A DNA stretch of 64,000 nucleotides, taken from NCBI GenBank assembly GCA_051532055.1, contig JAOPTX010000017.1, positions 1 through 64,000 of the forward strand, in the 5' to 3' direction. Source of the DNA: Fibrobacterales bacterium (lineage in GTDB: Bacteria; Fibrobacterota; Fibrobacteria; Fibrobacterales; JAOPTW01). The notes under the pieces were generated by a model, which searched no databases, was not told where the DNA came from, and saw only the letters and a program-made list of their open reading frames with translations. Positions within the stretch are counted from its first letter, which is position 1. Each line of letters begins with the position of its first letter. The position numbers and the translations under genes were made by a program. This document shows positions 32,417 through 42,122 of this stretch, piece by piece.

Positions 32417-34012
32417 ATGATAGAAAAGATTAAGCGTTTTTTTCGCTGGCTTGCGGAAGTCAAAACAGAGGATCCACTACAGGCTCCTCGTGATGGTGCT
32501 ATTAATGTGCTCATAATCTTTTTTTTAGGGGCGACAGTTCTTGTTCAGGCGATGCTCGGTTATGAGATAATTGTATTGGGCAAATTAAACTCTGGATTCT
32601 TTGTAAATATCGTAACATTGTCACTCTATATTCTCTATTTTATTTTGTATAAAAAGGGGTATCGTCGAACAGCATTTGCACTAATTCTCATCTATTTTAT
32701 TCTGATTATGGTTGATTCAGAGTTTACCTATGGTAGCCTCTCAAATGCCTTTTTTGCCTATTTGGTTATTGCTCTTGCCGGCCTCTTTTTTAATCTGCGG
32801 ACTTCTTTTGCAATACTGTGTCTTTATTTAGGAACGATAGTTCTCACTAGGCATTTAGAATCAATAGGAGCTATTCCTCCTTTTAAAAAGGTGGTTGGCC
32901 ATGAACTCATTTTGTGGGCGGCCATGATTGCAAGTGCAGTTCTTGTGATGATTCAAAATGGCCTTTATACTCATAATATGCGTATTGCAATTCAAAATGA
33001 AGTAGTTCGTAAAAAAGAGCTTGAACAACAAAGAGAAAATTTAGAGAAAATGGTAATGGAGCGGACAAAACATTTACTCGAGTCAAATAGTCAGCTTGAA
33101 GAGAGTCGCAGTGAGATTGAAAGGCTCCATGAACGACTGAAAAGTGAATATAAAGAACAAAATTCTGAGCTCGAAGTGGCAAAAGAGAAAGCAGGAAAAG
33201 TTGATCTTATTAGTGGAATGAATGAAATCACTTCATCAACACTGCATAATGTTAAAAATATTATCAATAGCATTAATCTATCTATTGAGCAGACCAAGAA
33301 AATTGAAGATGGTGATGCGATTCAAGCGTTATATAAAGCAACTGATATGCTGAGAACAAATATTAACTCTATTGAAGACTTTATTGTACATGACTCCCGT
33401 GGCAAAAAACTTATGGAGTACTATCTTGCTATTGAAGAAATGTTTGAGGAAGAAGTTGAATACCATAAGCGGAGTGTAGAGAGCCTTATCAAAAAGGTTG
33501 ACTCTATGAATAGTATTATTACAACGCAACAAGTTTATTCGGGAGCCAAAGAGAATGACTTTGTTTCAATTGAAGCAGTGGTTGATGATGCACTACAGAT
33601 TCTAGCCACATCTCTTGAAGCAGTTAAAATAACAGTAGATAAACAGTTTGGTGCAGTCCCAAAAGTTGAGATTCATAAAGTAAAACTCGTGCATGTATTG
33701 GTCAATTTAATCAAGAATGCCATTGAAGCTATTTTTGAGGCTGAGAAGGGCGCAGGGACTATTTCAATTGTTACAGAAAAGACCGATGACTCTATAGCGC
33801 TTAAAATATCTGATAACGGGCCAGGTATATCTGAGAATGATCAAAGTAACCTTTTTCAGTCAGGATTTTCTACCAAGAGTAATGGGCATGGATTCGGATT
33901 GAGTTCAAGTAAACGGTATCTTGAAGAGATGGGAGCAACAATAAGTGTAGAGAGTTCTCCTCAGCTCGGAACGACCTTTAGTATCTTTTTCTCTTCTACT
34001 ATTTCAGAATAA
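32417..34012 (+). CDS. Membrane sensor histidine kinase (orphan)
   Basis: Several TM helices, coiled coil, H-box LHNVKN, NLIKNA, DNGPGI, GHGFGL. Confidence 0.9.
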   Translation: MIEKIKRFFRWLAEVKTEDPLQAPRDGAINVLIIFFLGATVLVQAMLGYEIIVLGKLNSGFFVNIVTLSLYILYFILYKKGYRRTAFALILIYFILIMVDSEFTYGSLSNAFFAYLVIALAGLFFNLRTSFAILCLYLGTIVLTRHLESIGAIPPFKKVVGHELILWAAMIASAVLVMIQNGLYTHNMRIAIQNEVVRKKELEQQRENLEKMVMERTKHLLESNSQLEESRSEIERLHERLKSEYKEQNSELEVAKEKAGKVDLISGMNEITSSTLHNVKNIINSINLSIEQTKKIEDGDAIQALYKATDMLRTNINSIEDFIVHDSRGKKLMEYYLAIEEMFEEEVEYHKRSVESLIKKVDSMNSIITTQQVYSGAKENDFVSIEAVVDDALQILATSLEAVKITVDKQFGAVPKVEIHKVKLVHVLVNLIKNAIEAIFEAEKGAGTISIVTEKTDDSIALKISDNGPGISENDQSNLFQSGFSTKSNGHGFGLSSSKRYLEEMGATISVESSPQLGTTFSIFFSSTISE

Positions 34013-34031
34013 ATAGTAGAAGAGTTGTAAC

Positions 34032-34487
34032 CTAACAATTAAAGGTATTATTCTTTTTGATGAGTGCAGCATAGGCTTTATTTGTTGTTCTTAATCGTCG
34101 GCTAATATTACGAGCGCAGTTCATGATCATCATTAAATAGGTGTCAATAGATGATTGTTTGACAGAAATGATGTCTTTATTACAGATTGAGACAGTAGTG
34201 ACATCTGTATCTGCAGTGATAGTAGCAGATCGTGGCATGATATCTATAAGGTGCATTTCACCAAAACTCTCACCTTCGTGGAGAACAGCTATTTTTTCAC
34301 CATCGACGTAGACAGAGACAGAGCCTTCTATAATCATATAGACCCGTTCACTTCTTTCACCTTGGGTTACAATGTCGTGCCCCGGTTCGAAAGATTTTTC
34401 TGTAAGAACATTAAGAATGATCTCCATTTGATCGACTCTGAGGCCTCCAAAGAGAGAATAATTTTTTAGGTTGGTTACATCTATCAT
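34032..34487 (-). CDS. Stand-alone cyclic nucleotide-binding domain protein
   Basis: LF.GL, IIEGSVSV, FGEM...PRSATI; no HTH. Confidence 0.87.
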   Translation of the reverse strand: MIDVTNLKNYSLFGGLRVDQMEIILNVLTEKSFEPGHDIVTQGERSERVYMIIEGSVSVYVDGEKIAVLHEGESFGEMHLIDIMPRSATITADTDVTTVSICNKDIISVKQSSIDTYLMMIMNCARNISRRLRTTNKAYAALIKKNNTFNC

Positions 34488-34582
34488 CGAAGTCTAATCC
34501 GTAAATATATTGCTGTTAAAATAATATACTAATTCTAATCAATGACATTTTGAAAAAATTGGCGAGCTCATGTCAATGGTGG

Positions 34583-35224
34583 TTATAAAAACTCGATGAT
34601 ATCTGATGGTTTATATGCAAATTTGGTACAGCCTGCAGATTTGAGTTCATCAAGAGAACCATAGCCCCAGGTGACTCCAATGGGAATGATGTCATTTTCA
34701 ATTGCTCCAGTAACGTCATGACTCCGGTCGCCTACCATTACGGTTTCAAGAGGATCAATATTCTCTTTCCGAAGAACATGTGCAAGAAGCTCTGTTTTAT
34801 TACTCAAGCTATTGTCGAGGTTACTCCCATACACATTATTGAAATAAATTGTACAGTCAAAATGTTCAATAATCTGTTTAGCAAATACTTGAGGCTTAGA
34901 GGTCGCAATAAAGAGTCCACCTGTACCATTTAAGCGCATAAGAAGACTCAGGATACCATCGTACAGTTGGTTTTCAAATTTTCCGACATCTGCAAATCGT
35001 TCTCGGTAGGCGGTAACACATCGCTGAACTACAGTGCTATCTTTTGTATCGAGTAGTGTTTCAAAAATTACAGGGAGTGGTGGTCCAATAAGCTCTTTGA
35101 ATGTTGCTTCATCGGGGATCGAGTGCTGACATTTTTCGAGTGCGTACTTTAGGCAGTTGATGATTCCCTCTTGAGAATCGGTAATAGTGCCGTCGAGATC
35201 AAAGAGAATATTTTTAATAGCCAT
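34583..35224 (-). CDS. HAD family hydrolase (phosphoglycolate phosphatase/5'-nucleotidase-like)
   Basis: FDLDGTITD, ATSKP, MVGDRSHD, WGYG. Confidence 0.9.
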   Translation of the reverse strand: MAIKNILFDLDGTITDSQEGIINCLKYALEKCQHSIPDEATFKELIGPPLPVIFETLLDTKDSTVVQRCVTAYRERFADVGKFENQLYDGILSLLMRLNGTGGLFIATSKPQVFAKQIIEHFDCTIYFNNVYGSNLDNSLSNKTELLAHVLRKENIDPLETVMVGDRSHDVTGAIENDIIPIGVTWGYGSLDELKSAGCTKFAYKPSDIIEFL

Positions 35225-35333
35225 GGAGCCTGCTGGTAGATGGTAAAACAAGTATAAAATGAAATGTAATATATAATGAAGAGTAATAACCACCTTAACA
35301 GATAGATTTAGGTAAGATGGTACCTGATTATTG

Positions 35334-37964
35334 TTATGGTTTCATCTCTAAGAGGAGTTCTTTTATGGTCTGATAATCTGTTTTACCGGTACCCAACACT
35401 GGGATGGATTCTACAACAAGTATCTTTTTAATATTGTAGAGTGTTGGGAGTCCTTCACTTCTAAGAAGATCATTAATATACTCACGAGCAAGGTCCTCTG
35501 TGGTTAATAATACAATCTCTTGGTACTCATCAGGGCCAATGACATCAATTGCAATGGCGGGGCCTTCATCGCTTCCAGGATAGTGTTTCTGAAGGGCCGT
35601 CTCAATTGCGGGTAAAGAAACCATTTCACCACCAAGCTTAATAAACCGTTTGAGTCTACCTTTAAAGGTGAGTAGGCCATCAGGGCCTTCAATAACTAGG
35701 TCTCCGGTGCTGTAGTAGGTCTCGCCTTTATAATCAATAAAAGGAGAGGCTCCGTCAAAGTTGAGATAGCCATTAAAAATACTCGAACCCTTAACAATTA
35801 AAAGTCCTTCATCCCCTGGAGCAACTTCTTCATGGGTTTCGTGATGAATAATATGGTAGGTGAGAGAAGGCATAACATAGCCAATTGACCCGGGCACCGA
35901 TGCTTCAACTTTATTGGCACTGACTACAGGTGAACATTCGGTAATGCCATAGCCTTCAATAATGACGGCATTGGGACAGAGTTCAGCAAATTTTTCATAG
36001 ACATAATCAGGACATTTTTCTGCCCCAACGACAGCAAGGCGCGTTGTTTTCAGTCCTTCACCTGTTGCAGAACGAAGGATTCCATTCACAAAAGTAGGTG
36101 TTCCAAAAATGACACGGGGTTTATATGCCTGGATGAGGGTTGCAAGGATCGCCCCTTCAGTGGGGTTTGCATGATAGACTGTTTTCATATTTGAGACGAG
36201 TGGTAATATAATCCCAATGGCGATTCCAAAGGAATGAAATGGTGGGAGCATACTCAATAATGAATCGTCTTTACGGAGATCTATTACTTTAGTGTAATCT
36301 CTATAATTAGCAACGAGGTTCGCGTGGGTAAGAGGGACTGCTTTTGGCTTTGACTCTGAGCCACTCGTAAAGAGGACGACTGCTGTATCACTCTCTGTAG
36401 GTGTATGGAAGGATTTAGTATTGAATCGAGCATTCAACAGAGCAGAAATTTTTTGAATAATTCCAACTTTACTGATGAGGTCCTCGAGAATAAACCAGGT
36501 ACATGTAAGCTGGTCTTGTTTAAATCCTTGGGTTTTTATTTTGTCGAGAAGTTTCTTAGCTGTAATAATTGTGCGTGTATCGGTATTTAAAAGGCCATGT
36601 TGAATGTTCGCCTCTCCTGAGGTCCAGTTGATCATTACAGGGACTTTGCCAGCTGCAATTACTGCAAAATAGAGAACTGATGCAGTTACTGATGCGGGAA
36701 GCATTATGGCTACCTGTTTTTCGGGAATTGCCTCTATAAAGGGCTTGAGTACCATCATTGAAACAAGAATATCATTATACGTTCTATTGCCACTTGTTTG
36801 ATCTGCGATGATCACTTTCTTAGGATTAAGTGCTGCTTGTTTTAAAAAAAGTTCCAGCGCTGTAGAACCGGCAAGAGGTTCGATCCTACCCTGAGGCATA
36901 GGCTCAAACCACTGTTTATGGATGAGGTTTCTATTTATTGCAGTACTATCAAGTGAGATTCCCGCCGCTGCGAGCATGAGTGAACCAACACTTTGCAAGC
37001 TGTCAATAGAGCTAATAGAGGTCGCATATTCTGATTCGAGCCAAGTAACCAACTCGACCATACCGAGGCTATCAATACCGAGATCTTTATTGAGTGAAAG
37101 GTTGATAGTGACTTTGGAGCGGCCCGTCATTTCTTTGACTTTATCTATGATAGCATTTTTAATAGTATCGGGGATATGATCAAGGTCTGTTGACTGAACG
37201 TTACTTTTAGGTTCAGGTTTCACTACTGCATGATATCCCTGCCACCAAAAATAGGGTTTATATGTGTTGGGAACAATACGCCTATTGTAGTAGTTGGACA
37301 GATGAGTGTAGATAGCAGTGCGGCCTTTGTCGAGAGGTAAATCATCAGGCTGTTCAAAAGTTATGGATACCGAACGTTTTGGCATGAAAAAACCGAAATT
37401 ACAGACAATAGCAAGGAGGTAACGTTTCCAATAGGTAAACAGGCCAGGTGGGTGGCCTCCTGCCCAGCTGAAACTGCTCCCCCAGAGACCTTCTGTTTTT
37501 ACAAGCACAATATTTACATCGGGTACTTCTGCAAGAATACGTGAGAGGCTACTTTTGCCACTTAAGTCCTCATGAGTACTCCTATAGAGTTGACCTGAAG
37601 GGTAGAGGAGAACATTGTTGCCTTCCTTCAGACAGGTGTTTACCCGGTTCATACTTTCTATGACTGAATCTTTAACGCTTATCCCACTCTTTTTTATATC
37701 AGGAATGGGGATGAGATTAAACTCTTTAATGATATTTCCCACAATAGGGATGTCAATTTGACTCTCGTCGGCGAGTGAGTGCGGTTGAAATTTTTTAAAC
37801 AGTACGGAGTGCATTAAAACAGGGTCGATAAGAGCGGGGTGATTGGGGAGAAAGAGAAACCCTTTATCATTTTTTTTGGTGAGGGTATCGAGGCCCGAAA
37901 GTGTTACTCTATAACGGAGGCGTAAAACAGTTTTTGTTATGAAAAAAAGAAGGGAAGCAATCAT
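35334..37964 (-). CDS. Aas-like acyltransferase / ACP / acyl-ACP synthetase fusion
   Basis: PlsC NHPALID and YPSG; ACP LGIDSL; AMP-binding FTSGSESKPK, GYGITE, YSTGD, GKTDY. Confidence 0.88.
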   Translation of the reverse strand: MIASLLFFITKTVLRLRYRVTLSGLDTLTKKNDKGFLFLPNHPALIDPVLMHSVLFKKFQPHSLADESQIDIPIVGNIIKEFNLIPIPDIKKSGISVKDSVIESMNRVNTCLKEGNNVLLYPSGQLYRSTHEDLSGKSSLSRILAEVPDVNIVLVKTEGLWGSSFSWAGGHPPGLFTYWKRYLLAIVCNFGFFMPKRSVSITFEQPDDLPLDKGRTAIYTHLSNYYNRRIVPNTYKPYFWWQGYHAVVKPEPKSNVQSTDLDHIPDTIKNAIIDKVKEMTGRSKVTINLSLNKDLGIDSLGMVELVTWLESEYATSISSIDSLQSVGSLMLAAAGISLDSTAINRNLIHKQWFEPMPQGRIEPLAGSTALELFLKQAALNPKKVIIADQTSGNRTYNDILVSMMVLKPFIEAIPEKQVAIMLPASVTASVLYFAVIAAGKVPVMINWTSGEANIQHGLLNTDTRTIITAKKLLDKIKTQGFKQDQLTCTWFILEDLISKVGIIQKISALLNARFNTKSFHTPTESDTAVVLFTSGSESKPKAVPLTHANLVANYRDYTKVIDLRKDDSLLSMLPPFHSFGIAIGIILPLVSNMKTVYHANPTEGAILATLIQAYKPRVIFGTPTFVNGILRSATGEGLKTTRLAVVGAEKCPDYVYEKFAELCPNAVIIEGYGITECSPVVSANKVEASVPGSIGYVMPSLTYHIIHHETHEEVAPGDEGLLIVKGSSIFNGYLNFDGASPFIDYKGETYYSTGDLVIEGPDGLLTFKGRLKRFIKLGGEMVSLPAIETALQKHYPGSDEGPAIAIDVIGPDEYQEIVLLTTEDLAREYINDLLRSEGLPTLYNIKKILVVESIPVLGTGKTDYQTIKELLLEMKP

Positions 37965-38054
37965 ACTATAAATCCATGGTATTTTAATGAAATATACAAT
38001 AAAATAGAGTAAGAGAGGGAGGTATGGTGCTTCCTTGTTTAGGGTTGGTAGACT

Positions 38055-39620
38055 ATGAAACGAGAGATAATGCTTCAGCAATTGCATGAGCACGGTACAT
38101 CCCCTTTTGATATTATTGTTATTGGTGGTGGGGCGAGTGGTCTAGGTACGGCAGTAGATGCTGCGAGTAGGGGATATAGTGCTCTCGTTGTAGAGCAAAG
38201 TGACTTCGCTAAAGGCACTTCGAGTCGCTCAACAAAATTGGTACACGGTGGCGTACGCTATTTAGCCCAAGGTGATATTTCTTTGGTACTCGAAGCGCTC
38301 CGAGAGCGTGGTATTCTTCTTAAAAATGCTCCTCATTTAGTGACCGATCAATCGTTTATTATACCGAACTATGCTTGGTGGGATGGGCCCTTCTATACTA
38401 TTGGCATGAAGGTGTACGACACTATGGCGGGCAAATTAGGTCTGGGGCCTTCGGTTCATATTTCTAAAGAAAAAGTACTTGAGTATATTCCGAATTTAAA
38501 AGAAGATGGTCTTCAGGGTGGGGTGCAATATTATGATGGACAGTTTGATGACGCACGCCTTGCAGTGAACCTTGCTCAAACTGCGGTGGACTATGGAGCG
38601 CTTGCACTCAATTATATGAAAGTGGTTGAATTATCCAAAGATGATAGGGAAATGGTGACTGGGGTTGTGTTAGAAGATACTCTCACAGGAGAGCGGTACA
38701 CCATTCAAGCTCATTCAGTGGTCAATGCAACAGGAGTATTTGCGGATACTATCTTGCAGATGGATGATCCAGCTGCAAAAGCAACAATAAAACCCTCGCA
38801 AGGGGTGCATGTGGTACTTGATCGCTCGTTTTTAAAAGGGAGTGACGCTATTATGATTCCGAAAACGAGCGATGGTCGAGTATTATTTGCAGTGCCTTGG
38901 AAAAATCGTGTGGTGGTTGGTACTACAGATACTGAGTTGGACACAATCTCATTAGAGCCACGAGCCCTCGAAGAGGAGGTTTCATTTATCCTTGATACTG
39001 CTGCAGAGTATTTGGTAAAAGCACCGAATCGATCAGATGTGTTGAGCGTTTTTGCGGGGCTTCGCCCTCTTGCAGCTCCCGAAGAGGATGGTGGGGCAAC
39101 TAAAGAAATCTCACGAGGGCATAAGATATTTGTCTCTCTTTCTGGTTTGGTGTCTGTAACGGGAGGTAAGTGGACAACCTATCGTAAAATGGCTCAAGAT
39201 GCTGTGGATAAAGCGGTACTTGTTGGAGGGCTTCATGAAAAACCATGTCTTACCGAGAGCTTAAGCATCCATGGCTATCGGCAACAATTTGATACTGCTG
39301 ACCCCCTCTCAATGTATGGGTCTGATGCGGTGGGCATTAAAGAGTTAATTTCAGAGAATCCGGGGCTTGGTTTATCACTCACTGACTCATTTGATTTTTG
39401 TGCAGCAGAAGTTATTTGGATATGCAGACATGAAATGGTGTGCAGGCTAGAGGATCTTCTTGCGCGAAGGTTTAGAGCCCTTCTTCTTGACGCTCGGGCA
39501 AGTATCAAGCTTGCAGAGCGAGTAGCTCCTATTATGGCCGAAGAGCTTGGGAATGACCGTACATGGATAGATACTGAATTAGAGCACTATAGACAATTAG
39601 TCAGCGGGTATCTATTGTAA
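38055..39620 (+). CDS. glpD: FAD-dependent glycerol-3-phosphate dehydrogenase
   Basis: IGGGASG, GTSSRSTKLVHGGVRYL, DDARL, GGKWTTYR. Confidence 0.93.
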   Translation: MKREIMLQQLHEHGTSPFDIIVIGGGASGLGTAVDAASRGYSALVVEQSDFAKGTSSRSTKLVHGGVRYLAQGDISLVLEALRERGILLKNAPHLVTDQSFIIPNYAWWDGPFYTIGMKVYDTMAGKLGLGPSVHISKEKVLEYIPNLKEDGLQGGVQYYDGQFDDARLAVNLAQTAVDYGALALNYMKVVELSKDDREMVTGVVLEDTLTGERYTIQAHSVVNATGVFADTILQMDDPAAKATIKPSQGVHVVLDRSFLKGSDAIMIPKTSDGRVLFAVPWKNRVVVGTTDTELDTISLEPRALEEEVSFILDTAAEYLVKAPNRSDVLSVFAGLRPLAAPEEDGGATKEISRGHKIFVSLSGLVSVTGGKWTTYRKMAQDAVDKAVLVGGLHEKPCLTESLSIHGYRQQFDTADPLSMYGSDAVGIKELISENPGLGLSLTDSFDFCAAEVIWICRHEMVCRLEDLLARRFRALLLDARASIKLAERVAPIMAEELGNDRTWIDTELEHYRQLVSGYLL

Positions 39621-39621
39621 C

Positions 39622-39843
39622 TCACTCGTTCTTGCGGAGTGCCATTAGTTTTTTGACAGTGAGCCGGATGAGGAGTATCCAAGGTGCGCCGTGAAAGAGT
39701 ACATCAAACCAATCCATGGGTTGTAACTGATGATAACCCTCAATGATCCACCGCACCTTTTCAACAAGATGGGGCTCTGGCATAAAAGGTGCGAGTCCGA
39801 GAGTTGCACAGAGAAGAATTACAAAGGGCCATTGATTGAGCAT
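39622..39843 (-). CDS. Small conserved membrane protein
   Basis: TLGLAPF.PEPHLVEK...DWFDVLFHGAPW; 3 nt after the desaturase stop. Confidence 0.75.
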   Translation of the reverse strand: MLNQWPFVILLCATLGLAPFMPEPHLVEKVRWIIEGYHQLQPMDWFDVLFHGAPWILLIRLTVKKLMALRKNE

Positions 39844-39846
39844 AGG

Positions 39847-40719
39847 TTAACTCCGCTTAAAGGGGTGCAGTGATTGGGCTATGAAAGTACTGGGCATACT
39901 GGTATCGCCGGGGTAGCCTAGTTCAATATCTCGCCCATCTGAGGGGAGATACACCGTTCCAAAGATATAGTCCCAAAGACTCAGAGTTATTCCAAAATTG
40001 GCCCCATGACGATAGGGACGCGGCATTTTTTTGGAGTGATGCCAGATATGCATTTTGGGGTTGTTGAGCAAGTATTTAAGAGGACCGTAGTCCCAACCAA
40101 CATTGGTATGGTTGAGATGTCCAATAGCTACTGTGGCTATATGTACTATAAAAAAATCATCAATGCCAAAACCGAGTAGTGAAACGGGTACAAATTGAAT
40201 GATTTTATAGAAGATGTTTTCCATCCAGTGGTAACGGAGGTGAGCCGCAAAGCCCATTTCTTTCACTGAATGATGTACTGCATGAAAGCGCCATAATAAA
40301 TTTGATCGGTGAAGGAGTCGATGGGTACACCAAGAAATGAGATCAACAAGTAGAAAGAGGATACTCATTTGGGCCCAACGGGGGAGAGACTGCAGATGGA
40401 TAATTTGAGTATTATTAATTCCAACTGATTGGAGCAAGTCATGAAAGAGTGTGACGCCAATTTGTGAGAGAGCGTTATAGAGTATGAGTGAAAAAAGGAA
40501 AAAGTTGAAGAACATATAGAACCCATCGAGCCAAAAATCTTGCCGAAATAACGGCTGTTTCTTGCGCCAAGGAACTGCAATTTCTAGGGACCATGCTATG
40601 AGTGATAAACTAATGAGCCAGTAGAAGTAATTGTGGAGTGAAGGATGGGTAATTTCTTTTATCAGAAACGAACCATAATCACTATATGCAGATTCTATGA
40701 TGGAAAAGTAGTGGTCCAT
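39847..40719 (-). CDS. Sterol desaturase / fatty acid hydroxylase family protein
   Basis: His boxes HRLLH, HAVHH, HLNH, HIWHH. Confidence 0.9.
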   Translation of the reverse strand: MDHYFSIIESAYSDYGSFLIKEITHPSLHNYFYWLISLSLIAWSLEIAVPWRKKQPLFRQDFWLDGFYMFFNFFLFSLILYNALSQIGVTLFHDLLQSVGINNTQIIHLQSLPRWAQMSILFLLVDLISWCTHRLLHRSNLLWRFHAVHHSVKEMGFAAHLRYHWMENIFYKIIQFVPVSLLGFGIDDFFIVHIATVAIGHLNHTNVGWDYGPLKYLLNNPKMHIWHHSKKMPRPYRHGANFGITLSLWDYIFGTVYLPSDGRDIELGYPGDTSMPSTFIAQSLHPFKRS

Positions 40720-40722
40720 TAT

Positions 40723-41532
40723 CTATCCGTAGTTGCCACCAATGCGGCTATAAATGTTATGGGGTTGCCAGTCCGTCGATCCGTCAAATTCCATTCGAAT
40801 TGGAGTAATTGGTTGTGCTTCAAAACCCTGCTCCATAAGAAATTTTTTGGCAGCTGTGTTTTCTGATGGAATAACAGTAGCCGTTTTGTTTTGGAGTTTA
40901 CAGGTGAGAAGTGCAATGCCTGCAGCTTGTGTATGAGCTAGAATAGGCCCTTCGCCAAGACCAGGAATATAAAAGCCTTCAAGGTTTCCATTGGCAACAT
41001 AGAGCTGTGCTTCGACTAAATGTTGAGTAATAAGTCGACTGCGCCCCTCTCCAGAGATCTCAGTGTCGAGGGCGTAGATATCAGAAAGATACATTTTGTG
41101 ATAAGAGGTAATATGGGGATTTGTGATTTTTTCGCAGAGAGGTGTACTCCGTGTAAAAGCGGTATAGGGAGATACTTCTGTAAAACCGAGACGAGTATAC
41201 ATATTAACACCAAAAGGCGATGCGCTTAACAAACAAGTATGCGCATTACTCTCTTGATAGTGATGTATGAGTGTTTCAGTTATTTTGGAGCCGATGCCCT
41301 TTTTGCGGTGTGCTTCTTTTACGATAATATGAGCAAGCCACATAGTACCACTATAGCTTATGGCACATCCAATACCAGTAATCTCCCCTTTTTCTAAAAC
41401 CTTGATGGGTGAGCAAAAAGGAGAACTGAGATACCGCTCAAATTCTGGGATGATATTGGGCCACCCTTCAGGCTGTAAGTAGTTGAGTTCTGACAGGTCA
41501 TCGTAGGTGACTGGAGTAATAGTAAGGGTCAT
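40723..41532 (-). CDS. GNAT acetyltransferase, two-domain
   Basis: VKEAHRKKGIG, YTRLGF, GPILA. Confidence 0.85.
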   Translation of the reverse strand: MTLTITPVTYDDLSELNYLQPEGWPNIIPEFERYLSSPFCSPIKVLEKGEITGIGCAISYSGTMWLAHIIVKEAHRKKGIGSKITETLIHHYQESNAHTCLLSASPFGVNMYTRLGFTEVSPYTAFTRSTPLCEKITNPHITSYHKMYLSDIYALDTEISGEGRSRLITQHLVEAQLYVANGNLEGFYIPGLGEGPILAHTQAAGIALLTCKLQNKTATVIPSENTAAKKFLMEQGFEAQPITPIRMEFDGSTDWQPHNIYSRIGGNYG

Positions 41533-41963
41533 TGGAAAATAACCTCCTCTAAACGAACATCAATAATGAGTGTGGCATTGGGGCCGATTTTCTTACCAGC
41601 TCCCCGTTTTCCCCAGGCAAGTTCTGGGGGAATGATAAATTTATATCGTGACCCTTCAGGCATCATAAGAAGACCTTCTCGGTATCCTTCAATAGCTTCA
41701 GACAAAGGAAAAGTCGCGGGCTCATCTTTATAAGTGTCAGCCACAATTGTTCCATCGACAAGTGAAATCCGTTGATTTACCGTGACAGAATCAGACTCGT
41801 GCGGACAGATGTTCTCTTTTGGGTCTATAATAGAAAAGAGCATTCCTGATGGGGTTTCTTGGTAGTCGGAGTGACCCCGCATTTTCTCAAAATAGGCATC
41901 GCTATTTTTACGATTTTGCCCTTGAGACCCTTTACCTTTTGGTTTTGTTTTTCCACGCGCCAT
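41529..41963 (-). CDS. FKBP-type peptidyl-prolyl isomerase
   Basis: TPSG, IEGYREGL, IPPELAWG, IGPNATLI. Confidence 0.9.
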   Translation of the reverse strand: MARGKTKPKGKGSQGQNRKNSDAYFEKMRGHSDYQETPSGMLFSIIDPKENICPHESDSVTVNQRISLVDGTIVADTYKDEPATFPLSEAIEGYREGLLMMPEGSRYKFIIPPELAWGKRGAGKKIGPNATLIIDVRLEEVIFQ

Positions 41964-42122
41964 AATATAATAATACATATTGTTTGATACGCCGCGAATG
42001 AGGTTGTTGCCTTCAGTGTAAAAAGTTGTAAAGAAACATCTTATATTACGATTGTTATTGTGTTTTGATTTAAAAAACTGATATTTAAGCCACACAACAC
42101 AGATAAGGCACAGGAGACTGAT

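Noticed and set aside
37965..38093. Long N-terminal extensions in the ORF track (aas-like, nusG, aroA, lpxH, FKBP, bioA and others)
   Set aside because: They overlap neighbouring genes or promoter regions; downstream ATGs fit the family N-termini better
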